Assembly (NCBI GenBank): GCA_951406725.2
Contig: OX597823.1
Location: 57,908,001-57,972,000 of the forward strand
Direction: 5' to 3'
Origin: Octopus vulgaris
Lineage: Eukaryota
DNA length: 64,000 nt
Position numbers and translations under genes: made by a program. Positions 1-12,609 of this stretch are shown here, piece by piece; the first letter of the stretch is position 1; every line of letters begins with the position of its first letter. The notes beneath the pieces were generated by a model. That model did not search any database. It was not told where the DNA came from and was given only the letters and a program-made list of their open reading frames with translations.

Positions 1-347
1 TGCCGATTCTTAGTGATACTGAATGTAAACGTCTTCTTACTCTGAGTAGCAGACTCGCTGTGAAGCTAATGAGGAATTCGATAGTCTTCAGTGATGAGGA
101 ATATTGTTGATACGAGGGTAATTTTTAAGTGATATTGCTGTTACTTCAGAAAGGAATCGAAAAAATTGAAAACATATCCGACATTTTATATGCTTAAAGT
201 TTAATTCTTTCATTGTTTTTCTTTATTAGTCAGCACTTTTTTGTGTTATACAACCTGTGTGTGTATGTGTGTGTATATGTGTGTGTGTGAGAGAGAATAT
301 ATATATATGTATATGTGTGTGCATATATATATTTACGCATATATATA

Positions 348-760
348 TAGGGTTGGACAAAGACACATATAGGCCCTAAGCACTTAAAAGGTTTTGGTAC
401 CCTCAAGAATATGTAAATGGTTCAAAATGTAAAAAAAAATAATTTAAAATGTAAACGATAATAAACCATAAAATAATTTTTTGTTTTTCAAAATGAAACA
501 AAATTCCCAATAAGATGGAAAATAATGCTTATTTTTGTATGCTTCCATTTTATTTATATTTGAAAAGATTTCTCCTTTGTTTTTTTGTTATTCTTAATTG
601 CAAAGTTTTTGATGATATCGTTAAAATTACTTTTATGTAAAACTTCTCCATCTTTACTTAGTAGAGATAAACCATTACAAATATTATTTTAGAAAGTTGA
701 AAGTGATTTTTTTCGTGCCGTAAACCATTTTCATTTCTGTGGTACCCCCATCCCTTGATG
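348..760 (-). mobile_element. hAT-family transposon remnant (C-terminal dimerisation-domain-like segment)
   Basis: Minus-strand translation of 679-554 gives CNGLSLLSKDGEVLHKSNFNDIIKNFAIKNNKK, resembling the hAT C-terminal motif LNGL.LLSIE.E.....FDDII..FA.KK. Boundaries approximate. Confidence 0.55.
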
Positions 761-799
761 TGTGTGTGTGTACATCCATTCGTAGAATTTTGCCCGAGT

Positions 800-1320
800 T
801 GGCTCACAGCTTTAACTTGGTTCCCTCTTTGTGACAAGGTAGGATACTTTTTCAGAGGTCATAGAATTTTGTGGTACTGAATGATATTTTAGTCAATCTA
901 GATATTGTATATTGCATCTGGTTCTTGTTACGACGCTTAGATACCATGTTTTGCCTTCAACTAAGGCATCAATTTGGTACCGCCTCGAAGGTCACTGCTT
1001 ATGCTCAACTTTATACTTTTCACTAGGTCTGACAGGATGACAAGAAAGACATGGGGATTCAGAAGAATGTCTTGTGGACCTCCACTTAGCAGCTCAGCAC
1101 TTTGGGATAGTGCTCTGTTTGCTGTCACTGTTTGACTTCATTTTATCGGGAAACCGGATATCGGAATACCAGATCTTCCAGTTATTCAGTTTGACACAAC
1201 ATTTCACGAATGACCTTGTCAAGGGTTTAGCGAAATCAAGGCATGCTCAGTCAACAATTGATCCAGAGAGCAGATACTTGAGAATTTTGTTGTATGGTTT
1301 TAGAAGCTGTGATAGTCAGT
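800..1320 (-). mobile_element. Degraded CR1/L2-clade LINE reverse transcriptase fragment
   Basis: Minus strand reads LSQLLKPYNKILKYLLSGSIVD*ACLDFAK (cf. YLDFAKAFDKV), then QTVTANRALSQSAELLSGGPQ..LLNPHVFLVILSDL (cf. SGVPQGTVLGPLLFL..I.DL). Stops and frameshifts present. Confidence 0.75.
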
Positions 1321-1408
1321 AACACACACACACATCACACACAAAAACGTGCGTGTGGGTATCTAAATACATACATGTATATCTAAATGTGACAATGTGA
1401 CAGCATGA

Positions 1409-1452
<44 letters not shown>

Positions 1453-1596
1453 GTGTGTGTGTATGTGTGTGTGCGTGAGTAGTAATATATGCACACATAC
1501 AACCGTACATATATTTATTCACAATAAATACGTAACCATGTAAGCATTTCTATATGAAAACACACATATGTGCATATGCGTCTGTGTGTATGTATG

Positions 1597-1643
<47 letters not shown>

Positions 1644-2316
1644 ATGTATAAAGAGACGTACGGATATATGTGTGTGCGAATTCGATTATATATTCTTAGA
1701 AACTACTCGTGTGTTCATCTCAGACTCTTAGTTCCCAGACACCCACGAACTAAAAATGTCTAACTCCAAGAATGTAACGATTTATTCTAATATTTTGAAG
1801 CGAGTAATAATAGTAATAATTTCTTCTCTAAATTTGGCTTTGCATATACAATTAATCACGATGATCAGTGAAGTGAAATACATTGTTATACTTCTATAGT
1901 TAGCCAAGTCACCTAACTGTCTCGTACGGTGTCAGCCACCATCTTAGCAAAATGCGACGTTTTGTTGTATTAACTGTGTGTATATGTGTGTGTTTGTTTC
2001 TGCGCATATTTGTGTGTGAGTGCGCTTGTGCGTACGTGTACAAATCTTTCAATGTTTTTATTTCACCTAGTATGTATGTATGTATAGATATACACATGTA
2101 TGTATGGTAGTAAGCATGCATTCTATATAAGTCTTCCGCATAGGTGTCTCTGTCATTTTTGGTACATGTGTAGCTTTTTATATTATATATATATATACAC
2201 ACACACACATATATGCGTGTGTGTGTATGTATTTATGTATGCATCTATGTATCTATGTGTCTATCCAGGTATATACGTATGTATACGTAAATATGCAAAC
2301 ATACATATGTGTGTGC

Positions 2317-2362
<46 letters not shown>

Positions 2363-2956
2363 GCACTTGTACGTAGGCATGTATTTATGAATGTGCATGT
2401 ATTCTTCTTCACGTGTTGTTTTTAAATATATGAATTACCCAAACACTTTTCTTTTTTCATATATTCTATTTTCATATTTTGCTTTTACACACGTTATTTC
2501 TTTTACAATTTGTTCACTGCTTTTAGCTTGTTCATTTCTTTCTTTTTTTTATATTTTTTGCTTGTTTATATTTATTTGTTCATTGTTTATCGTCTGCCAT
2601 TCATTCATTATTTGTCAGAACATTCTTAACACGACAGATATTATCATCAGGTCATGAGTACTTGTACGTGACTATAACGCAGTCACAGCACTCTACTCCA
2701 AATAAATAAACCTCTAATTCTAAAAAGAAAAACCGAACACGGTGGCTATAGGCCAGACGACAGCGTGTCGCGGAAGGAGAAAAAGCGAACGATGCGGCCA
2801 TATTAAGCTTGTTGTTCTACAAACACTGTGTGATTCTCTAAAAACTAAAACGACACTTCAGAAGTGTTAAACAGCTAACTGCTTCGGAATCGACAGCAAC
2901 AACAATTAGGACAACATGGATGTCTGCAGAGGAATGATGTTTATTAGCACTATGTG

Positions 2957-2991
<35 letters not shown>

Positions 2992-3161
2992 ACATATGTA
3001 TATATATTTATATATGTATCTGTGTGTGTGTATACACGCACGCAGCCACGCACGCAGCCACACACGCACGAACACACACACTCACGAACACACACACACA
3101 CACAAACACACATGTATGTATGTTATTGACATAATAAACTTTCCGCGATAAAACCGATACA

Positions 3162-3251
<90 letters not shown>

Positions 3252-3336
3252 ATATGTATGTGTGTGCATGTGTTTGTGCGTGTGTGCGCTTGCGTGTGTG
3301 GGTATATGTAGATATATATACACACACACATAAATA

Positions 3337-3525
3337 ATTCTTTGGACCTTGGGTATATGTCTATTAGTATACCGATTAAAGGACATTCAGCGTTTGGGCT
3401 ATCTGATATCATCCACAGTTACGGTAAAAATTTCACTGGATCTACGTCAGAAATTCTGCAGTCTTCGTTATGGTTAATAATTGATGAGGGAAACGGAAAA
3501 TGGATTTTGTGCGAATCTTTATTCA
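3337..3525 (+). repeat. Unclassified dispersed repeat; second copy at about 61410-61597 on the opposite strand
   Basis: Shares TTGGGTATATGTCTATTAGTATACCGATTAAAG, TCTACGTCAGA and AGGGAAACGGAAA.TGGATTT with the reverse complement of 61410-61597. Confidence 0.7.
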
Positions 3526-3649
3526 ACGCAACGATCGTTTCGACCCATCTTGCAGCAGTCCCTTAGGGATAAGATATTGTGCATCTAGTTGTGGTGCATC
3601 AACCAGTGCCGTCTGTGTCTCCTCAGGTGTTTCGTACATACACATACCT

Positions 3650-5085
3650 ACAAACACACTTACATGCATTTTCAGTACTAGTGCTGATCCCAACATTTGA
3701 GATACTTGAATGGTCTGTAGAGGAAATCCACTCCAGGCAACAACTGGGAACTGCCACAGAAACAGTAATGTTGACAGGTTCTACCTAATAAGAAATAAAG
3801 GTGGTAGAAGCCTGAGATCAAGGCAGACGGCCTTCGAATGCCGTATGGTATCACCCAGACAGCACCTACTAAACAACAGCAAAAATAAATATATAAATGC
3901 ACTGCTGAAAAGTGAAGTGAGCAACATTATACGAGTTGGTAGTGAACTCCTCAAGAAGCATTCTCTTCCTGATGATCTCCTATATAGCCCCAAAACAGTT
4001 CGGCTCTCTTACCTCAGAGAAGACCTAGATGGAAAGCACTCAGTATGCAAAAAAAAAAAAAAAAAAAATAGACTATGCACGGGTATGTTCCCCGGAAGCT
4101 TGAAGAAGACTGTAGAATTGACACGAAGTGCAGCCTTTCTTGGACACAAGACTGCTACATCACATCAACCATTGAAGGTTATGCGTTTGCAATGCAGAAA
4201 CAGAAGATTGCCACAAAGTACCTGGTGAACAAAAGAGACAGTAGCGCTCTTGTAATCCCAAGGACCTGCCACATGTGTAGGCTATGTCATGTCTCTGTGG
4301 AAAACATCACGCATGTGATTAGAAGCCGTCCTAAAATATCGTCACGGTACTCTCCGTGGAAAACATCACGCATGTGATTAGAAGCTGTCCTAAAATATCG
4401 TCACGGTACTCTCTGTGGAAAACATCACGCATGTGATTAGAAGCTGTCCTAAAATATCGTCACGGTACTCTCTGTGGAAAACATCACGCATGTGATTAGA
4501 AGCTGTCCTAAAATATCGTCACGGTACTACCTCACTATGCGGCACGATGTTGTCGCTAAAACAATTTCCAATGCCATCCGCAAAAAAGACTGTGCTGAAA
4601 TAAGCTTATAAAATCCCTGTTATCGAATACATTCATTAACACCAACTCAAGGAATACTGGTGGAATATTCCCATCAAAATGTCTGTTAAATGTAAACATA
4701 ACAGGCTGGATATTGTTGTTTGGACAGAGGGGAAAAGGTATGTACCATCATAGAAGTCAACTGCCCTGACTTAAAGAAAGAGAGGATATCTATGGGCAAC
4801 TGCTTCGAAACCTCCAACTTCTATATCCAGACTATGGTATGAATTCATATTCATACCAATAATAATTGAAACACTAGGTTTTATTAGTAAATGCTTAAAA
4901 GAGAATCTGGATAAACTGGGATTTTCAGAAAGAGAAATCGACCGGCTAAGTACTACATTGCAAGTGCACTCAAGTTCCAAATGTGAATTTGTCTGTGTTA
5001 ACTACATCCCAAAGATGGGGCCTTGTATCTTTACTGGAAACTGACTCCCTCCTCAGTGGAAGATTTAAGATAATTAAAAAATAGA
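3650..5085 (+). mobile_element. 5'-truncated non-LTR retrotransposon with restriction-like endonuclease (R4/Dong-like), pseudogenised
   Basis: Across frames: HAFSVLVLIPTFEILEWS; HRNSNVDRFYLIRNKGGRSL (RT thumb); WTQDCYITSTIEGYAFAMQKQKIATKYL; CCHC knuckle CRLCHVSVENITHVIRSCP; RHDVVAK; YWWNIPI..KHNRLDIVVW..TIIEVNCP (PD-(D/E)xK-like); PIIIETLGFI. Confidence 0.85.
4293..4528 (+). repeat. 4 x 59-bp tandem repeat inside the retroelement zinc knuckle
   Basis: Unit CTCTGTGGAAAACATCACGCATGTGATTAGAAGCTGTCCTAAAATATCGTCACGGTACT at 4293, 4352, 4411 and 4470, with two substitutions in total. Confidence 0.95.
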
Positions 5086-5115
5086 AGAGACATACATAAT
5101 ATATACGTACATACT

Positions 5116-5187
<72 letters not shown>

Positions 5188-5221
5188 CATACATACATAC
5201 ATACATACATACATACATACA

Positions 5222-5256
<35 letters not shown>

Positions 5257-5269
5257 GCATACAAACACA

Positions 5270-5425
5270 CGTTTTACGTTCTGAGTTCAAATTCCACTGA
5301 GGTCGACTTTGCTTTTCATTCTTGGTTTCGATAAAATAAGTACCACTTTAACACTGGAGTTGATGTTATCGATTTACACCCTACTCCGAAATTGCTAGCC
5401 TTGTGCCAAAATTTAAAACCAATAT
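5270..5425 (+). mobile_element. SINE family A (5'-truncated)
   Basis: TTACGTTCTGAGTTCAAATTCC..GAGGTCGACTTTGC..AAGTACCA..GAAATTGCT.GCCTTGTGCCAAAATTT, matching copies at 45047 and 52068. Confidence 0.85.
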
Positions 5426-6516
5426 TTGCTTATTAACTCACAATGATATCAAACCATGAATTTTAGCTTATTCTCCAAAAAAAAATCTGATTTTAATTGT
5501 TCGATTTATTCTTTGTCAACAGTTTACTAATGTATGTCAGTTTTTGTTTTCTGTTGTTTTCTTTTGTTTTTAGTTGAAATTGAGATATTTGTAACTATAC
5601 GTTTCGTATATTGTAACATGAAGTGATATGATGCGTTCGACATAGATCCTTATCAGAGAGTAAAGTTCGCGAGGACTTTACTCGAATCATTATTACTTTT
5701 GTCTCCCCACGGCATACAAACTTATGTAGAAATTTATACAAACTTTACTGAAATATATTTGCTGACGCAGGCGACTACAACTTACCTCGGGCTTTAGTTT
5801 TTAGTTGTTATTCATTTTGAGATTTCCATCTTCTAGTTGCAAATTTATGCATCTCAGTTTTATTTTCGCCTATACTCAGTCAAATGTTTCTTGGGCCCCG
5901 CTTAATTTATATGACTATACGCAATAGGTGAATTATTAATTAGAAAGTGATTAGCAATTAGTAACTTATTAGTAATTTAAATTTTTGTTTAAGCATTGTG
6001 TATATGCGTAGTGAAACCATATATGCCGTGTATTAAAACAGCATTGTAATGAACACATTTAGATAGCCGCATGGATATTCAATTAAAGCTCTTGTTCGCA
6101 GATCGCAATTTGAAATCCGTCGCAAGATTTATTTTAAAGGCAAAGGTTTAGGAGCAAAAAATTCCATGCTAAGCGACGCAGGTGACTTAAATATATGATC
6201 AAATACATTTCATGAACGGTCAAATTATCATTATCTGAGACTCAATATATGTAGACTACATTATGGAATGTTCCGTTCGTTTTGTAAGATATTTGTGTTT
6301 ATTAAAGGTCAATAATATTGCTTGGAGGTAGTGTGAAGACAGTCTCCCTTGTTACTCGGCATCAAATAGCATATTGTAATTCTTATTATTGAAGTAGCTG
6401 AATCTGAGATCAGCTGTCAACGAAAGGTGTTCAAGGTGTGAATATCCTATCTGTAATTTCAGACTGTCTCTTTCTAAAGGTATATTATCCATTGTGTTCA
6501 CCTTTTGTCGCGAGTA

Positions 6517-7175
6517 CGAGGGTCAGTTAAAATTTTCAAAACCTGACTACGAAGGAGTGATGCTTGAACTGCTAAATTCATTAATTTAAATCCTTATGAA
6601 TAACTGCATGAAAGGAAAATCTGGCACTCTTTGAGACACATCCAGCTGGTTTCCTTAAATGTTTCGCAACCCAGAGGATGTGTGCTGGGTTCATCACTTT
6701 GAACCAGACACAAAGAAACAATGCATGCAATGGAAACTCCCCGCCTCTCTTGATCCCAAGAACGCCAAGATCGTTTCATCTGCAGGGAAGGTGACAGTAT
6801 CAGATTTTTGGGATGCAAAAGGTAATGACATGAATGATGAGTACTATGCCAACTTGATAAGGCGGTTACGAAATGCTATCAATACAAAAAGAAAAAAACA
6901 GGAAAACTGACGAAAGGGTACTTGTTTCATGCTGTTGTGCATGACTGTAGCTTTTAACGGGTTGATCACCTTCCCTATTCTGATTTGGTTACATCTAACT
7001 ATCATCTGTTCCCCAGCATGAAAAAAGTATTGACTGGGAACCAGTATCGCAGTGATGTTGACGTCATATCTACTGTTCATGAATTGCTTGACCACGAGGA
7101 TGAAAGCTTCTTCACCAATGGGACCGAAGCACTCCAAAACCGATGACAGAAGTGTATGGCTATGTTGGAAAATAC
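6517..7175 (+). mobile_element. Internally deleted mariner transposon (pseudogene)
   Basis: Starts TA|CGAGGG. ORF 6659-6910 WVHHFEPDTKKQCMQWK..SAGKVTVSDFWDAKG..EYYANL; downstream LPYSDLVTSNYHLFPSMKK (YSPDLAPSDY-like). Confidence 0.9.
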
Positions 7176-7689
7176 AGCTGGGGGGAACACATACGCCACA
7201 GAAACCGGGAAACCGGGCCCATGATCCTGGCTCGGCTTCGAAAGGCCGCAAAAGAGAAAAAGAGATTAGTGTATATTTATTTATCAGTCTATGAACATTT
7301 CAGCGTACCTTCGCACACAGTACAATTTGTTTCCTATTTCTGATGAGGTTCTTCATTGTCTGGTCAAGCTGTGAGTCGTTTACATGCATAAGTAAAGATT
7401 ATTGCTGAAAGTAATTGCACCATTGATTTATACCAGATTTACTTGGTGAGCTTACACGGGCGTAACCATAACTTGTAATAAGCTTATTTATACAGCATGA
7501 CTAGAGTGGTACTGCAGACCAGATTATTAATGGAATGGAATATGTATACATATGTAGATAAATATTCATATATATTCCTATACGTGTATATATGTATTTA
7601 TAATATAGATATGAATGTATCTGTCTGTATCTATCAATGTACGTCTGTGTATGCAGGTGTGCATATATATATATACATATATATAATAA

Positions 7690-7925
7690 TAAATATTAGG
7701 GAATAAATCCAAATTTACAGGGAAAAAATCAGATTTAGGATTAAATCCAATTTTATAGTAAAATATTATATAATATTAATTGTGAGACAAAACCACTATT
7801 TTGCAAAACAAACAAGGAAAGACTTAATCAATACATAAACATTTTTAATATAAAGAAATAAACCGCCACTACAATCGTTTCATGTCTTCAATGACATTCG
7901 TCAGGTGGATTTTCGATCTCCTAAT
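7690..7925 (-). mobile_element. ORF-less Penelope-like terminal fragment carrying a hammerhead; truncated second copy at 61692-61775
   Basis: Contains the hammerhead at 7866-7908. GAGACAAAACCACTATTTTGCAAAACAAACAAGGAAAGACTTAATCAATACATAAA recurs at about 61.7 kb. Flanked by TA repeats. Confidence 0.65.
7866..7908 (-). ncRNA. Type I minimal hammerhead ribozyme motif
   Basis: Minus strand CCAC-CUGACGA-AUGUC(AUUGAA)GACAU-GAAA-CGAUUG-UA-GUGG: stem I CCAC/GUGG, intact core, 5-bp stem II, GUA cleavage triplet, vestigial stem III. Confidence 0.85.
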
Positions 7926-8032
7926 CTGTTTTAATTTATACATCTGTGTGTGTGTATATATATATATACATATATATATACACATATATATATATATACG
8001 TGTATGTGTATGTGTGTGTATGCGTGTGTGTG

Positions 8033-8064
<32 letters not shown>

Positions 8065-8161
8065 ATGCTAGACAATATACTCACGCATATGTATATGTCC
8101 ATGTATATATTTATGTGTGTTTGTGTGTGTATATACGTATGTATGCATGTATACACACACA

Positions 8162-8218
<57 letters not shown>

Positions 8219-8319
8219 GCACACCTGCATACACAGATGTACATTGATAGATACAGACAGATAATACATTCATATCTATATTATAAATATATATATATAT
8301 ATATGTCGGTATATATATG

Positions 8320-8516
8320 TGACCTCGTGTGTACCGTTGGCGATTTTTCCCCTCTGGCTTCCCTTCTCTGGATCTTTCCTTCTCCTATGTTTCCGACGAA
8401 GAGCTCCGCTCGAATCGTTTAACCTTCCTTCTTTCCTTCTTTCCTGAGCGTCCAATAATACTATATTTGTTCAACGTCCTCGCGTCTTTGTGTTTTTTTG
8501 TGCTTTCTTGTTTGGA

Positions 8517-8520
<4 letters not shown>
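8320..8520 (+). mobile_element. Penelope-like terminal repeat family P2 with hammerhead-like fold (8389-8423, variant core)
   Basis: GUUU-CCGACGA-A-GAGC(UCC)GCUC-GAAU-CGUUUAAC. A closely related copy lies on the minus strand at 61025-61232. TA flanks. Confidence 0.65.
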
Positions 8521-8610
<90 letters not shown>

Positions 8611-8859
8611 CTTCAGTGTGTGGAAATGCTCGGTTTTCAAGAACTTGTATTTGTATTATTACTGTGAAAGTTGTGATGTTCTCTCTTAGTTAATATCCCC
8701 TTATGATTTACGATGAAACATGGATTGTCCTAATTGCACTGAGCGTAATATAATGCACAAACATCAGGAGTGATTTCATTTTTTACTATGAATTACAAAT
8801 CCTTTAGTGACGGTGGAACCCCAGCAAAGCCAGAGCTTTGAACTGAAACTGATAAAACA

Positions 8860-8899
<40 letters not shown>

Positions 8900-8992
8900 G
8901 GGCGTGTATACGCGTATATATATCGTATTTATGAGGTCGTTGCTCATCTACGTGCTCATCTATCTCTATCTCTCTAATCTATCTATCTGCTC

Positions 8993-9047
<55 letters not shown>

Positions 9048-9097
9048 AATTTATCTTTCCATCGATCTGTCTGTATCATTGTTGCGTGTATGTGTGG

Positions 9098-9906
9098 GCA
9101 TAACTACAGATGTGTACTCCACCGACTCTGTTGCCTCATAACTTCCAGAAAAATGGATACTTTCTAACAAAATTTTCAACAAATGTTGCTTATATAGAGA
9201 TTTATGGAAAAACATTTTCCGAGGAGATGGGAAGAGTTGTTTCGGAAAATTCACACAATCCAAATTTTTTTCTTCATAACTTGCAGGAATATGGATTTCT
9301 TTTAATGAAATTTTATACAAATTCCTTTGAAACGGCATAGATTACGACTACAGATAAATTTAAATCACTCACCTTTTCCTCTGAAAATATTAACAATTCA
9401 TTTTTTTTTACCGAAAAGCCTCTCCCATGGCTTTGAAGTGCAAAAAAGAAAAAAAAATATTGCCAAAATCGTTTCGGAGTGGGATGATGACGTGGGAGTG
9501 TAAAAAATTTTTTAAAAGCATATTTTCATTAAAAGATGTTCCCCAACCACATCATTTCCAAGGCTGTAGCTTAAAAAGGGGGGGAAATCCTCGTCAAAAC
9601 GGAGTAGTTGCAACTTATTTGGTCTTCCTGATTCGAAACTCCGTTGTTCGAAACTCCTCTTCCTAACTCATAGGAAAAAAAATTGCCCTCAAATTTCTTT
9701 ATAATCGTAATCTATGCCGTTTGAAAGTTATTTATTTGAAACTGCTCTCCTCACGCCCACGAGAATATTCTTTCCCGTAAACCCCCATATACTCTAAATC
9801 CACATCATTTAAGCGGTATTTATTAAAAATTTCGTTAAAAGGTATCCAGTTTTCTGGAAGTTATGAAACAACAAAATCGAGTGGGGATTAACATCTCTAG
9901 TTATGC
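9098..9906. mobile_element. Non-autonomous foldback/MITE DNA element with nested inverted repeats
   Basis: About 95-bp imperfect TIRs (GCATAACTA.AGATGT..CATAACTTCCAGAAA..GGATAC) at 9098-9192 and 9810-9906. Inner IR AAACGGCATAGATTACGA at 9330 and 9705-9722. No meaningful ORF. Confidence 0.8.
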
Positions 9907-10502
9907 TAGTTTTGTTTGTGTGCTTGCATGCTTGTCTGTAATTTAATGAAAACATATTCTAAACATAAGTTACACCTGAAATGTGAATACTAACGGAAAA
10001 AAACAAGTTTCGCGTAAATCGGACCACGGATTCCGAGATAGGCATTTTTCCTAGGTACCTTCCTAAATAGCCAAACGGTGCATAATGGGAAAATACTTTG
10101 GAAGTAACACAACCCTGAAATGGGAAAATTGTTTCCATTAATTTTATGTTGTGCATAAATAATTGCTGCTACTGGAGTTCAAATTTATTCCAGTAGTTCT
10201 ATTTTTATTACAGGTTGTAAACAACCAATAAAGGCTTAAATATGAACTTGTAAACCAGACTTTTCACGACGCGAACGAATTGAAATATTTAACTGTATCA
10301 TCATAAAAATAACTTTCATTTCAATGCAATGTTGAAATCAGCTTCAATGTTTTATAACCTGAATCGTCAGTGACCCTAAAAGTTCACGGGTAGTCTAGTC
10401 TACTATATATATATATATGTATATATATATGTGTGTGTGGTGGGGTGTGTGTGTATATATATATGCATATATGTATACAGACATATATACTTACATAAAT
10501 AA

Positions 10503-10557
<55 letters not shown>

Positions 10558-10596
10558 CATATATATATACAGACATATATACTTACATAAATAAAT

Positions 10597-10640
<44 letters not shown>

Positions 10641-11071
10641 TTCCTTGTATTTGTATATATATATATATATATATTGTGTGCATACACACACACACACATA
10701 TATGGTTATATATATATGTATATATATCGGTCTTTGCAGATATTCCGTTAACCAATTTCACTCACAAATGATTGCCAGTGGGAGTAGTGTGGAAACTATG
10801 TATTTCGAATCTAAACTTCTTAACCATACTTTCAGGCCTGTAATTATCGTTAAGTGTCATTGATTTCTTAATTGTTTGCTTCCATTTTTTATATTCTATA
10901 AGCCGGACATACATATCGAAACCATTAATATTTTATAAAAGTCACTTAATGTAACAATATATTGAAAAAAAAGAAATCCTTAAGCTTAATTTAATTCTCT
11001 TTCCAACATCTACTTTTTAACTACAAATTTTGATTTGTATGAATTATAAACCCATTTTCAGCAAAATATAT

Positions 11072-11400
11072 CTTTTGCTTGTTTCAGTCATTTAACTGTG
11101 GCCATATCGGGGGATCACGTTGAAGGGGTTTTAGTCGAACAATTCGACCCTAGGCCTTTTACGACTTACCTTATGGCTTTGTCTTAGCGAACCGCTAGTT
11201 TACAGAAACACAAATATAACACCAGCGACTGTCAATGCTGTTGGTGGGGGGGGGGGACACAGACATAGACATACATACACACATACACACACACATACAT
11301 TTATATTCGAGAGGATTTTTTGTTTCAGCTTCTTTCTACCAAATTCACTCTCGAGGCTTTGATCGAATTGTGGCTATAGTACAAAACACTTGCTCAAGGC
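11072..11400 (-). mobile_element. SINE family B, diverged
   Basis: TTGTTTCAGTCATTT.ACTGTGGCCAT..GAACCGCTA..GGCTATAGTA.AA.ACACTTGC matches the reverse-strand family B copy at 20546-20991. Confidence 0.8.
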
Positions 11401-11451
11401 AATTAAACAAATATGCGAGTATGTGTATATATACATGTATATATATATATG

Positions 11452-11512
<61 letters not shown>

Positions 11513-11538
11513 TTGTGTGCGTATGTATGTGTGTACAT

Positions 11539-11593
<55 letters not shown>

Positions 11594-11599
11594 ATATAA

Positions 11600-12570
11600 C
11601 AGTCCCACTGCGTGGCACCTTGAGTTAATCTCTTTTACTATAGACCAACACCATGTGAGTGAATTTGGTAAACAGAAATTGAAAGAAGCCCGTCGTATAT
11701 ATATATATATATATATATGTCAGGTCACTTTCGAGTGCTACTGGTAACATGTAACCCAGTACAACCTGTTGCATGGTCGGGTCGTCGGCGACTAAACCGG
11801 CAACCCCAAAAGCTTGCTTGGTGAGGAGGGTATTTATTGGACACCTTGCGGGATGAAAAACAAAACCCGTCAAAGGGCGGAGGAACTCTTGAGAGTCAAC
11901 GGCTATACAATAAATGTCTTTAGGCTGTATCATGCGCGGGGACATAGAAATAATCGGACTGAATACCCGATCGTGCGCTTAAACCACTGGGAGTGAAGGA
12001 CTCCTAGCCTTTGTTAGGGCATCCTTCTAGGAGAGGGTAACTCAGATAACGGGGATAACTCCGACATAAAACCTGTGGCTCAGTGGTTACCGATGATGTT
12101 GACTTGTTCTTCTCTTCGGATTATGGCTGCTGTTGCTTAGTGAGTGGGATTGACTCAGTGCACAGTCTTTCCTCACTTCAATAAAAATCTTCTTGCACAG
12201 GAATTGCACGATAACAAACAACATTGATTAAGCTTTGTGCAATGGCCATACTCGATAACGAGGGGTCAGCCACCATATATATATATTTATGTGCATATAT
12301 ATATGTCTTTGTGCGGACATATATACACACACATACATATGATTGTGTGTCTGTGCTTGTCTCTCCACCATCGCGTGACAACCGATGTTGGCGTGTTTAC
12401 GTCCTCAAAATTGAGCGGTGGAATGAGATCTATGCTTACAAACCGATGGAATGAGATCTATGCTTACAAAAAATAAGTCCTGGGGTCGATTTGTTTCTCT
12501 AAAGGCCATGATCCAGCATTGCCGCCGGCCGCAGTCAAATTACTGAAACCAGTAGAAGGATAAAGAATAA
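11600..12570 (+). mobile_element. SINE family B split by a 550-bp insertion
   Basis: 5' part CAGTCCCACTGCGTGGCACCTTG..AAAGAAGCCCGTCGTATATA (11600-11720); 3' part TGACAACCGATG..AATAAGTCCTGGGGTCGATTTG..GGCCGCAGTCAAAT.ACTGAAAC (12340-12570). Confidence 0.8.
11721..12274 (+). mobile_element. GC-richer non-coding insertion, possibly the 5' region of an RTE-type LINE or a derived non-autonomous element
   Basis: Sits exactly in the SINE's internal TA microsatellite with TA repeats on both sides. GCATCCTTCTAGGAGAGGGTAACTC resembles RTE 5'UTR motifs (recalled, unverified). Confidence 0.5.
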
Positions 12571-12609
12571 ATGAATACATACATACATATATATATATAT
12601 ATGTCACTC

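Larger units (their letters stand above)
7592..8290. repeat. About 80-bp inverted repeat arms (7592-7670 / 8213-8290)
   Basis: TATTTATAATATAGATATGAATGTA(--)TCTGTCTGTATCTATCAATGTACGTCTGTGTATGCAGGTGTGCATATA recurs reverse-complemented with few differences. Confidence 0.9.

Noticed and set aside
1-257. Possible Tc1-like terminus (..TATACAACCTG)
   Set aside because: The partner end would lie outside the window and I see no coding similarity.
4293-4528. CRISPR-like regular array
   Set aside because: Pure tandem copies without unique spacers, inside a eukaryotic retrotransposon.
5779-5835. Strong minus-strand donor GAG|GTAAGT
   Set aside because: The putative upstream exon has stops in all three frames and a weak acceptor.
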